Source: Podarcis liolepis
Lineage: Eukaryota
Reading direction: 5' to 3' (one strand)
Assembly (NCBI GenBank): GCA_965112155.1
Contig: OZ218106.1
Length of the DNA: 64,000 nucleotides
Shown: piece by piece, positions 1 through 11,072 of the stretch
How positions within the stretch are numbered: position 1 is the first letter of the stretch
Layout of the letters: the number at the start of each line of letters is the position of its first letter
Translations under genes and position numbers: made by a program
Notes under the pieces: generated by a model
The model's input: the letters and a program-made list of their open reading frames with translations, nothing else
Databases searched by the model: none
What the model was told of the DNA's origin: nothing

Positions 1-588
1 CCTAGGTGTGTTGCTAAAGTTTTAACATGTTCTCATTAGTCTATAAATCACCATCTCATGCAAGAGCCAGTGAACTTTCTGGAATTTAGTTGAAAGGGCA
101 ATAATGATAGAAAATCTGCTTACTCACTAAAGGCATGCTAGAAAGTGGTTGCGTAAGGGAACTGCTAAGGCGTTAACGGGCAGGAGTGCTTGTCTTGTTA
201 TATAAATCAGGGGGATCTCAGTTGCACGGTGCAAAGAGCAAGCAGGAGGCTGTGCATTTCCTGTCAAGGAGGCCAGTGTGAAGTGCAGCCTGTGTGTTTT
301 TTTCTCTTCACAGGCGACACTGTTCAATCTCCTGGTGGATTATTGAGTGGGCGTGGGAACGAAAATAGCGTTCCCCCCCAAAAAAAAACCCAACCACTTT
401 GCATTGACACAAGAGCTTCATGCAGCTAAGCTACCACGGGGTAGCCTCCTTTGGTCTCGTGACCAGCGCTTCAGCATGCAGCGGCGTTGACTTGCCGTGC
501 AAGAGCAGATTTTCAAAATCTCGTCTTTTCTAGAATTGCTAGGGGTTAATTGTGACAATGGAAGTTCCATCGGACGCAATTTTGTGAG

Positions 589-617
589 GGGCCACTAGGT
601 GTCGCCAGAGGGCAAGG
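589..617 (+). promoter_or_regulatory. CTCF motif(s), two overlapping
   Basis: GGCCACTAGGTGTCGCCA and overlapping TCGCCAGAGGGCAA resemble the CCASYAGRKGGCRS core. Confidence 0.55.
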
Positions 618-1658
618 TTAACAGAAAGAGAGACTGCTCACATGACGTCGAAGGCTGGCTGTTCTGTGCGAGATTCACCATTAGAGTTGTTTATTCCGCA
701 CGTTGATGCATTCTTCCGGCTTTTCAGGTGTGTATGCAAGATTAACGGCCTCGTTCAGTATTGTGTTTTCATTAGAGATGTATTGCAAAGCCTAGTGCTT
801 GAGACTAACAGAACTCTAGAAACCCTCGAAGTGTTTACGAGTTTGTGTGGATGTTCGTTTGCATTTCTACTGCACATAGTTTTAACCTTTGTCTAGCAAC
901 TGTTGGGACAGGAATAGAGTAACAAAGGAGACCTGCCTGGTCATGTCTTTGGAAATATGGTTATAAATCGGCAGCGAGATTTGCCGATTCGAACCCTATT
1001 CGAAGGGTGCTGTGATTGCGATTTGAGGCCCCTATGACTTAGCGTGATTTTAATTCAAGGCTGTGCTGTTAATATGCAAGAAGAAAATTCCAAAATTGCT
1101 TGCATTTTTTGATATTATGGGGGGAAGTCAAGCAGCAACCCTGTGCTCACTTACCAGGGAGTAAGTCCCATAGAACTCAGCAGAGCAATCTTACACTTAT
1201 TCTCAGAATTGAAATGATGTTGCTGAGAAATCAAGTAAACGAAACTAACTTGTTTTCAGATAACAAATTTAAAATGCAATGCTAGTATGCAACGTTAGTA
1301 TGCTGTAGTGCTTTTTGTGCAGTAACTGCGATCGCTGGGTTCACACTTCCGGCCCCCCTTAACTAAACTTGTCTTTGAAAGTCAGAGCTCTTAACCTTCC
1401 TGCACAGCCTTAATTGGTAAAAAAACGTCCTGTTAGGCAAATTTCTTTTCTTCCAGAGGCATCCTTTCCTCTTTCCCTCCCCCTCCCCTTATCCTTAGTG
1501 GGTAACAATGAACGGCAGTAGTAGTCACAGCTTTTGTCTCTCTGTTTGCGAAATATCAGTGATGCAGCAATGGTCAGCACAGGACATTCGTGACCGATTT
1601 GGCCTTCCTGTGGTGGGAAGTCAAGTCAGGCATTGCAAAACCTGGCAAGCACGGGCGA

Positions 1659-1666
1659 TTACGTAA
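1659..1666. promoter_or_regulatory. D-box (PAR bZIP/NFIL3) TTACGTAA in NOCT intron 1
   Basis: Perfect palindromic consensus; motif match only. Confidence 0.45.
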
Positions 1667-2715
1667 GGAACCAGACAGTTTGCTAAGAAGTGCCTGCTCT
1701 TCTGTGTTTGTTTTGCCACACTTTGGGGTCGATTGCTATTTCTAGCATAAGTAGTTGCATTATGCAGTCTGGAAGAAAATACCCAGCAATGCAATAAAGT
1801 CATTTTTGGATTTGAGTAAAAAGAACACAGAGGGAGAGAGAGAGAGGGAAACTAGCAGTTTCTTGTGACTTGGGCAGATTGTGAGATATAAAGCTTAAAA
1901 CCCCTAAAATTGTGAGCTGAGGTTTACAATTTTTAAGAGGGGGAACTGCACACATCTAGCTTGGTGAGGGGAGTGGGGCACTCCTTTATCTGTTCTTGAC
2001 CTTGTTGTAAAGTTAATACGCTCTTCGTGGCTTTTTAACAATGAGATTTACCCTTGAGGGAAGCATTAAGAATTATCTACTCAAGTTACTCTGGAAAACG
2101 AAGGCATGCCAGGACTGGGAGAAAATATATCTTACATGAAAGGTTTCCATGTCTGTAGCTAGTGTCTTAATAACTGCTAGACGGTGTATATGCAGGCCCT
2201 TGCAAGTAGAAAATGGTATTCGTTATTTATTATTTTGCCCCTTATATGCTGACCCAAGGAGTTGCTTTCTAAAACCCTTGTTTGTTCCAGGAAGCAGCCG
2301 TTTCCCAGTGGAGTGGGTTCAGTGATTACTGAGTGACTCCAACATATTAGTGACTCATAAAAGTGGCCCTTTTTGAGTTGGCAGCAAGGAAGATTAGGAG
2401 GAAGGAATAGGAGAAAATAGCCGTGAACTGTATGTGGGATTGATAAGTCTAAATCTGAAATACACTTGGTGTGGTGGCGGAAGCTCTCTGGTTACAGTAT
2501 CACTAGAAATTGAGCCTTCTGTTTGATTTAGTGGATGCCTTGCTTTATATTTTGCATTTGAAATTGTTTCTGTTTCTGCGCTTTTGTTATGGCCTTCGGC
2601 TAGCACAATAAACTTACAGAACTGAACTTAATATCTGCCTCTGCCGCTCTGCAACACCTATTCTGGGTTTCTTTGTTCTGGGGTGCCTTAAAAACCCCAG
2701 GACCTCGCATCTCTA

Positions 2716-2724
2716 GTTATGTAA
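2716..2724 (+). promoter_or_regulatory. D-box GTTATGTAA in NOCT intron 1
   Basis: Perfect RTTAYGTAA consensus; motif match only. Confidence 0.45.
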
Positions 2725-3279
2725 AAGAGTGAGAAGCCTTTTGAATCAACCCAACGGGATTAACGTTATGCTTATATAGAAGCTTGCCTGAATTTTATAT
2801 CCGTTTGATGTGTTAAACTTTGAACTACATAGTAACCACAGAAATAACTTGGGGTGTAAAAGTAGAAGCAGTTTCAGAGCTACACATAATTGGGCTTCAG
2901 AAACCTTGAACAAAGCAAACTTTTTTTGGGGGGGGAAGCATCCCTAGGTAGTCACAAAAGCCCTGTTCAGTTGCTCCCCACCCCAAATAATAATTTTATT
3001 ATTTATACCCTGTCCATCCGGCTCGGTTGCCCGTTGTAGGAGATAGGGAACTGGGATGAGCCCCTTGGCTCTGGCCCTCTTGCATGCCCCCTTGTCATTC
3101 CTGGGGGGGGACACAACCACCCCATTTGGGGGGCTGTCTGCAGCAGCGGGGGTGGAGTCAGGGTTCTCAATCATCTACAGGAGAAGAGAGGGGCTGTGCC
3201 AATGGATTTGTCCTTGCTCTCACCATTGCATGATGGGAACTGTGGGGCAAGGGGAGCAGCTGGGCCAATAATTTTCTGC

Positions 3280-3400
3280 CTGTTTTATCCTTTCAACAAC
3301 ACTTGAGATGTAGATTAATCTAAAAGGTTGGGACAGGTCCAAGGCCACCCAGTGAGCTTCATGGTGGCATGGAGATATGAATGTCCTGGTCCTGGTCTTG
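3280..3400 (-). mobile_element. Degenerate Squam3-like SINE fragment
   Basis: ttttatcct..caacaac...ccaaggccacccagtgagcttcatgg resembles the copy at 62265-62450. Confidence 0.55.
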
Positions 3401-3554
3401 TACTGGTTCTTGGGTCACATATATTGCATTATGGAAGGAAGTGCAGTGGTGAATTCATTTGCTTTGATTTATGTGCAGAAAACCTTGCTGTGTCTTAGCT
3501 AATCAGGGATGGGCGTTTACTGATGAATTTGCCTCTTCTTTGCTTCGTTTTCAG

Positions 3555-3824
3555 TTTATTCCATGGGCAACAGTACCAGCAGGCTATATAGTGCTCTTGC
3601 CAAGACTCTGAGTACTGGTGCTGTCTCCAAACACCAGGAATACTTGGAACAAACGGATCCTGACTTCTTGGATCCCATTGATCCCAAGGATCTGCTTGAA
3701 GAATGCCAGATGGTTCTTCAGAAACGTCCTGCCCGGTTCCAGAGGGACTTTGTGAACCTGAGGACCAGCTTTTCCAGAAGCCACCGACCTATTAGGGTCA
3801 TGCAGTGGAACATCCTTGCACAAG
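3555..3824 (+). CDS. NOCT: Nocturnin coding exon 2 (270 bp), containing the internal Met of MGNSTSRLYSALAKTL
   Basis: Acceptor ttcgttttcag|TT at 3555 and donor CAAG|gtataa at 3824. Translation YSMGNSTSRLYSALAKTL...RVMQWNILAQ matches vertebrate nocturnin. Phase 1 joins exon 3 in frame. Confidence 0.97.
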
Positions 3825-4216
3825 GTATAAACCCTGATTCTTGAGTCACTGTAGAGTCCAAATGTGGTTGTGGCTGGGAAAATACAGGCAGAATACAGTT
3901 GATCACTGTCCTAGAGTATAATGGGCAAAAGTCAAGGTGATCCATGCAGAGAAAACATGGAAAATCTGGTGTATTGACCTTGGACTGTTGCATCCAAACA
4001 GCTTCAGCTTATATAATATTTTTGAGACTTGGAAAAACTATTGGCAGTGTTTGCTGAGGAAGGGTTCAAAAGGGCAGGGTTTCTATCTCTATACATAATC
4101 ATGGGGAGAACTGGGGGCATCAAAAGTAGCTCTGTGAAATGAGCAGCACGTAAGTTTGCTTACCTTGCATCATTTGCAAGCTACAGAACTCTGGTCGATT
4201 TTATTTTTTTTAAATA

Positions 4217-4431
4217 CAGTGGTACCTCGGGTTACATACACTTCAGATTACAGTCTCTGCTAACCCAGAAATAGTATCTCAGGTTAAGAACTTTGCTTCA
4301 GGATGAGAACAGAAATTGTGCGGCGGCAGTGGGAGACCCCATTAGTTAAAGTGGTGCTTCAGGTTAAGAACAGTTTCAGGTTAAGAATGGACCTCTGGAA
4401 CGAATTAAGTACATAACCAGAGGTACCACTG
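4217..4431 (+). mobile_element. Non-autonomous Tc1/mariner(pogo)-type MITE, copy 1 (NOCT intron 2)
   Basis: TIRs CAGTGGTACCTC...GAGGTACCACTG flanked by TA on both sides. Homologous to the copies at 35256 and 54941. Confidence 0.9.
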
Positions 4432-4762
4432 TAAGTATGTGGTAGACACAGCCTTGGGTATATATATATTTGATCTGTTTTTGTAAGGTCCCTTGAATGA
4501 TTTCGTGGCAGAAAGAATACAGGAGGTTGAAAACCTTTAGGAGTACTGGGTATTTTAGAAGCTTGAGGTGCTCTTTAGACACACGTCTCATCACCATGCT
4601 TAAACTGCTTCTAGTCTCTTAGCTGGCTAGTAAAAAATAATTTCCAACTTTTGTGGGCTTATATTGCAACGCTTTTCTAACTAATGGAATAGGCTACTTG
4701 TTTCCCCATAAGTGTGTTTTGGAAGGGAAAATAATGCTGTGGGTTTATTGTTTTCCTTCCAG

Positions 4763-5598
4763 CTCTTGGAGAAGGCAAGGACAGCTTTATTCAGTGCCCG
4801 ATGGAAGCCCTGAGGTGGGAAGAAAGGAAATGCCTCATTCTAGAAGAGATCCTGGCATATCAGCCAGACATCTTGTGCCTACAGGAAGTGGACCACTACT
4901 TTGACACCTTCCAGCCTCTGCTCAGCCGGCTGGGCTACCAATGTACTTTCTTCCCTAAACCGTGGTCTCCATGTTTAGACGTGGAATGTAACAATGGGCC
5001 AGACGGCTGTGCCTTATTCTTCCTCAAGGACAGGTTCACTCTCGTCAACAGCACCAACATCAGGCTGACCGCCATGAAGCTGAAAACCAACCAAGTCGCC
5101 ATTGCTCAGACTCTGAAATGTAACGAAACCGGCAAACTGTTCTGCACTGCTGTTACTCACCTGAAAGCTCGCAACGGCTGGGAGAGATTTAGGTCTGCAC
5201 AAGGGGCCGATCTTCTGGAGAACCTGAAGAAGATCACCCGGGAGGCAGAGGTCCCTCTCATCGTCTGTGGCGATTTCAACGCGGAGCCCACCGAAGAGGT
5301 GTACAAGGAATTCTCAAATTCTAGCCTGAACCTAAACAGCGCTTACAAGCTGCTGAGTGCAGACGGACTGTCAGAACCTCCCTATACGACGTGGAAGATC
5401 CGACCCTCTGGAGAGTGCAGGCACACCCTCGATTACATCTGGTACTCCCAACATGCCTTAAACGTGAATGCTGCTCTCAGTCTCCTGACTGAGGAGCAAA
5501 TTGGACCCAACAGGCTACCGTCTTTCACTTACCCCTCAGACCACCTGTCTTTAGTATGTGACTTCACATTTAATGAAGATCCCGACAGGCTTTTATAG
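4763..5598 (+). CDS. NOCT: Nocturnin last coding exon (EEP catalytic domain)
   Basis: Acceptor ttttccttccag|CT gives (A)LGEGKDSFIQCPMEALRWEERK. Motifs LQEVDH, THLKAR, GDFNA, WKIR, LDYIWY and YPSDH are present; stop TAG at 5596-5598. Met3563 to stop = 365 aa. Confidence 0.98.
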
Positions 5599-5776
5599 AT
5601 AGGTGCAAGTAGCTGGATGTGTGGGTGTGTGGTTGTTTTTTATATTTAAAAAGATGTACTGTGTTTATGCAGTGGCCTTTTAAAATGGGCTTCTGAAGAC
5701 TTCAGGGGGGTGGTTATTTATGAACAGAGAACTAATGGTTTTATTTTCAACTCTCTTGTCGAAAGACACTTTTGTC

Positions 5777-6123
5777 ATTAAACACCTTGCTGTGATATTA
5801 GAAGAAAAAACAAACCAACCAACAAAAAACATGGCTACTTAAATTTGAGGCATGCTTTATGTTTTCACCGTCCCCTGGTTTGGAGGACTGATTCTGTAAC
5901 ACATTCAGATCTTTATTTGAAGACCTTTTGCTAGAGCAGTTGCCCTCAGTGTAGCATGGTTATTCTGTATTTGAATGAAGTGGGCCAAAAGGGTATCACA
6001 CACGATAGGGTGTTTTTTCAATATTGCAATTAAAGATGTGCTGAATGACCAAACTTTGGTAGTGTAGGACCCGTTACATTTTGAACATGTAAAGGACTTT
6101 AGCACTGGTGTTAGCTAATTAAA
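5777..6123 (+). terminator. NOCT: Candidate NOCT polyadenylation signals (ATTAAA at 5777, 6029, 6118)
   Basis: Three ATTAAA hexamers in the AT-rich 3'UTR. No AATAAA seen in this interval. The site actually used is unknown. Confidence 0.45.
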
Positions 6124-8134
6124 ATATTCCTGAACTTGCACTGGATTATGTCTCATTCCTGAGTAAATTGAGGCAAGACTGGTCAACCTTAGAAGCGCTA
6201 TTGAGCTTGCAACCTTTGCTGTGTTGAAGCTGCCCTATTCAGGGGAGAACATGCCAATTCCCTCTCTGCTTCACAGCGAAGTTGCTTGGGAAGAAGTTTC
6301 TTTGCAGAACATTATGGACAGCAAGAATTCCCTAGGCTACCACAGTCCCAACCTGAATTGAGAGACCTCCATCTGCTTTTAGTCCCCATGTCTTGTTGAA
6401 CTCAGGAGAATCTGCCTTCAACTTAATATGCCTAGGAATGTGCTGTCAACCCACAATCACCAAAGCTGACAAAGCCACAATAGCAACTGTAAACCTTAAT
6501 CCATGAAGCTCTTATGGGAGGGAATGTGAACAGGGACAAAGCTGTTTCCTCTTAATGCCAGGCTACCAAGTGGGAAGGCAGCCCTCAAAAGTAGGTAGGA
6601 AATGAGATGTCCTCTCTTCTCCATGCATGAAGGACTGTAGCTCATCTGTCCAACCCAAGGTCTTTTCCCACCCATGTTCAATGCCAGGTTCCACTTTTCC
6701 CCCCTTTCAGGTGCCTGTCTCTTACTTTCCCCTCATTCTCTTGAACAACTTCCTTTTCGTACTCCATCTGTGACCCGAGTAACTTTGTCAACGTTGCATA
6801 GCAACCCTTCGAATTAGTGCAGGAGTCGGAATGGCGACCAGAGGCCCTGTGACACAGGTGGGCAGTTGAGCCAATTACAGCTGAAGATTTTGGACTGCGT
6901 CCAGGGGTGGCTTTGCCTGTGTGGAAAGTACTTTTACTGTTGCAAGGCAGGAAACAGATTTTGTTTTGGGATCCCTGCTACCCACTTAAGACCCCAATTT
7001 TGAACTAGCAGGTGCCCTTTCCACCAAGGTAAAATCACCTTTGGATTGTGTTGTTAACAAACCACTACAACTAACACAAAATCTTTAGCCCATTGCACTG
7101 CCAGTCGTAACAACTTTGGGGCTTACGTCTTGACTTCCAAGTAATTCATGGAATTCATTGTGCTAGTGTGGAGTATTGGCTGCTTGTGAAGACACTGGAA
7201 AGACCATACACGTTTAAGAGGTACTTTTAAAATAAGATATACATCTAATAAGCAGGTTTGATGCTGCCTAACATCTGCGTAAGGGTGATAGCCAGAAAAG
7301 AAAGGGTCTTGGCCTGTGTGCATTTGATTTTAAAACAGGAAATTAAAATCTGCTATTTGGGATTTTGCTGAACTGACTCTGGTGTCAAAGAATTGTTATG
7401 ATGTGTGCCCAGCAGTAAAAAAAAAAAACCAAGACATGAACTGCACAGTTAACAGTGAGTTACTTATAAAAAAGGGGAAATCCTTCAAGGGAGAGATACT
7501 ACCCTAATGTATTGCTTAGTTTCAAGGGAAGGGAATTCTCCGCTTAGCTCAAACTTGTCTGTGTAGTTCCGAACCATGGATTGTTGAATGTCTTCAATTA
7601 AATTTGCAAAAGCAAGAAAACTAAATTAAATTATTTTCCCCGTTAAAAGTAAAGTAGGATTGTCCAGGCCTACTAAACTGCTGAAAAGCCACTACAGTAT
7701 TGTAAATAGTCCCTGCCAGCAGACTTACAAGAGGGCTGGGAAGAAAACAATGAAACTCAGGCTCCCACTCTTAAAAGTGGCCAGTTTGACTGGAAACAGG
7801 GAAGGAACCAAATTGCAGGCGAGTGGGCTCTGCCTTTCCCTCTGCTGCAGCTTGCTGAAATAGTCACTTTTAACCGTTATTCGCCCCCTTCCCACACTTA
7901 CATTGGGAATGGCACAGGTGCTTGTAGAAAACCTTGCACCAAAGTTGATGCAGTGCGAGGCGGGTTTAGTACATACATCCACAAAAAGTTGCAAAATATT
8001 GTTAGATTGGCTTTTTGTTTTTTCATACAGCACTCCCAGCATAAATACATATTCCTTATGCCAGAAGGGCAGCTGCTGGATTTGGCACATTTAGAAAGGG
8101 AGATGGCAAGTAGCATTTTCAGTGAGACTTAGTA

Positions 8135-8605
8135 CAGGCATGTCCAACAAGAAGTAGGGTGTGGTCTATGATCCAATATAAAAACCGGCAGCGATCTACC
8201 ACCCAGGGATGGGTGCAGGGTGGGCGGGCGATGCCGTTCCTGTCTTCTCCCCCTTCCTACACACACACACACCAGTCAAAGAGCGCCACTCAGACAATCC
8301 TGATGCCGATCCTGTCTTCTCCCCCTGCCTCCCTCCACCCCTGCACAGGCGATGCTGTTGCTGGTCCTGATCCCACCTTCCCTCATCAGAGACTCGCTCC
8401 TTCTACCCTAACCCCCCCCCCCCAGCACATCTCTCTCCCCCCTCAAACTGGCTGGGCTGCAGAGCTCTTTCACGCCTGCTTTGAAGCCCTTGTCTTTCTG
8501 GATATTGAGGTGCGTGCTGTGCTCCGGCTGCCTTGGGCCCGCGATCAACCCAGATCAAGCCCATGATTGACTGATTGATCAGTATTGATGGGTTGGATAT
8601 GTCTG
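8135..8605. mobile_element. hAT-like non-autonomous DNA transposon
   Basis: Imperfect TIRs CAGGCATGTCCAAC / GTTGGATATGTCTG. Partially matching 8-bp flanks acttagta/ctatagta. GC-rich interior with an internal direct repeat. Confidence 0.6.
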
Positions 8606-8791
8606 CTATAGTACATAGGTACTTTCAACAAAAATACATTGCACTCCCAAAATGATTTCCCTTCACAGGTTAGAACGAATGCTGCTTGTGTGGTCAAGTG
8701 TTGCTGGAAAAACGCACAGAAGAATGGGAAACACCAGAAACCTCCTCAAATGGTCCTTGGTATCTTGAAATAGTTGTCTCTTACGTTTAAA

Positions 8792-8797
8792 TTTATT
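8792..8797 (-). terminator. ELF2: Candidate ELF2 polyadenylation signal AATAAA
   Basis: tttatt on the + strand, about 1.5 kb past the ELF2 stop at the end of an AT-rich UTR-like tract. Confidence 0.5.
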
Positions 8798-10296
8798 AAA
8801 ATTATTCTGCAGCAGTTTTCCACTGATGCCTCCTGCTCACGTTATGAACTGGGTATTACGGCTGTACTGATTCTGTTCCAGTCTGCCTCCAAACCACCCA
8901 ATTTTCTTCCCTCCTTTCACACTTACTGGTAAATGTTTTGGGCTAACTGCTCCCTCCACCACCATTACATTATGCATAATATGAAACCAAGCCAGTAAAC
9001 ACACAGGCCACAATTCACACCTCAGAAGCAAGACACTGTGGAACCTGTTATCTCTTGCTACATTTTTCATAGCACAATAAGCTAAGCTACTCCATTGCTT
9101 GACACTTCTTCAAATTATGAATTTATAGTTTAATAATGGAAGAATGAAACTGCTGTACTGTGTTATCTGCATGAACACCAGAGACTTTTTAAAAAAGAGA
9201 GACTAAACTTAAATTTCATGTTTGTATTTCAGTAAAACCTACTTGAATACACTTTGAAACAAGAGTACAACAAAATAGAATATACTTTAAATGTTGAATA
9301 TACAAACTATTATAGTTCATTCTGAACACTGGTACTTCCCTCTAACTTTAACTAAAAAAAATGTACAGGCTCTTTTAACTACCTGACAAGAGTTCATGCC
9401 AAGCGTGACCTTTCAAGTGACAGAGTAGAAGCTGAAATTGAAATGTATGCACAGATGTCGAGGCTAAGTGGGTGACCCAGGCCTGCAGCAGCAAAAGGCC
9501 ACCGCAACCCTATGGCCACTTTGTCCACAATTAAGAAACTGACAGACTTAACTACCATACAAAATATGTTACATGTAATCCTATAACAATACTGTGCTAG
9601 GTATAAGATCTTTAAAAAATTGTTTTAATAAAAAATGCTTTACACAAACAAGCCATTAGCTTATTTCAAGAAAGAGAACTGAAAATCAGTCTAAGGCTTT
9701 CGTTTTAAATCTGCTTAAGCTGTATGATACAAAAATCCCTCTAGATCTTCATCTTCTTTTAGAAGCTTTTTAATCCTCTCCTTTAATTCACATTCTAAAA
9801 TACCTAGTAGCAGAGTTATTCACATAGCACCAGTTGAATTCTGTGAAGACACAGTAATAATTGCTGGTATGCACATTAGAATGCATCAGATTTGTCATGT
9901 AACAGTGAGACTCTTTCCCGCCGCCCTTCCCAGAGACATAAACCAGGAACCCTTCACAGAACCAGCTTAGTGTTCCATGCCTTAGTGTATCTTGATAATG
10001 CAGTGAGCCTCGAGCCCCACTCGACCCCTGAATTTTTCCTTATCAGCTTAGCAGTTTCCCACTTTGCAAGAGGCAATTGTGTCAGCGTGAGGATGTGGTT
10101 CAATTCCCACTGAAACATGGGACATCAATTCATTTCCAGTAAGTTTCAAACGTATGCATAACTATTAACAATTTTTAAAATCAGTATTGTTTTTTGTTAA
10201 CTTCTTGATTGTGTCCATTTCCCTGCCTCCCTAAATATGTCAGTTTACTTAATTCCACAATGGTCTATGTAATTCATGTCCATAGCTGCCTTTTCT

Positions 10297-10924
10297 TCAT
10301 TTCTCGCATGTTACCATCCCCTCCGTTTTCACAGTTACAGGGAGGGCAATAGCCGATGGCGTACTGACCACAACCACATGCGTAACCGTCTTGGTTCCAT
10401 CTGCAGGCTTTTCTTCCTGAACAAGCTGCAGCGTCTTAACCTCCCGCTCCTGCTTCAAAGCCATTGCTTCAGATTTGACCTCTGGACCTTTTATGACTGC
10501 GCTAATAACTCTGGGAGAGGTATGGCTACCTGCCTGCTGGGCCGGCATAGATAGTCTCATTACGGGTGTCCCATGGGCTATGGACACAGGAGTAAGTGCT
10601 CTCACGGCTAGTGGTGTTCCAACTATGTTAATGCTTCCTGTCCCGGGCAAACCAGTTTTTGTTTGCAACTGGCACTGCGCGAGCTGCGTAGCAGGGATGG
10701 TAATTATTTTCGTAGGCTGCATTGTGATTTTCTCTCCATTTTCAGCAGATGCTGGCATCACTGTAGGGATTGTCTGGATTACGACCTTTGGGGTTGCTGC
10801 TGTGGTTGGGCTTGTGCTGGTAATCAACGGTGACCCTGCATTTACTGACTGCACTGCAACAGTCGATATTTTCTGTCCCAGAGACGTCATTACGACAGGC
10901 ACTTGCATGGCCACACGAACAGTT
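10297..10924 (-). CDS. ELF2: ELF2 last coding exon
   Basis: Acceptor tttgacag|A. Encodes (R)TVRVAMQVPVVMTSLGQKISTVAVQSVNAG...KTEGMVTCEK*, the ELF2 C-terminus. Confidence 0.97.
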
Positions 10925-11032
10925 CTGTCAAATAGATGAGGACAAAACACTGCATTAAGATCAAGCAAGCCACATGGACAAACCTGCTAAATAAACTACT
11001 TCCCCCAGATCTAGGCCTGTTTGCATGCATGC

Positions 11033-11072
11033 ATATATATATATATATATACACACACACATACACACACAC
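11033..11072. repeat. (AT)n(AC)n compound microsatellite
   Basis: Direct read. Confidence 0.9.

Noticed and set aside
1150-1170. Strong donor GGA|gtaagt as a NOCT alternative exon
   Set aside because: It is part of a dispersed repeat also seen at about 57180.
10475-10939. 154-aa + strand ORF
   Set aside because: Antisense shadow of the ELF2 last exon.
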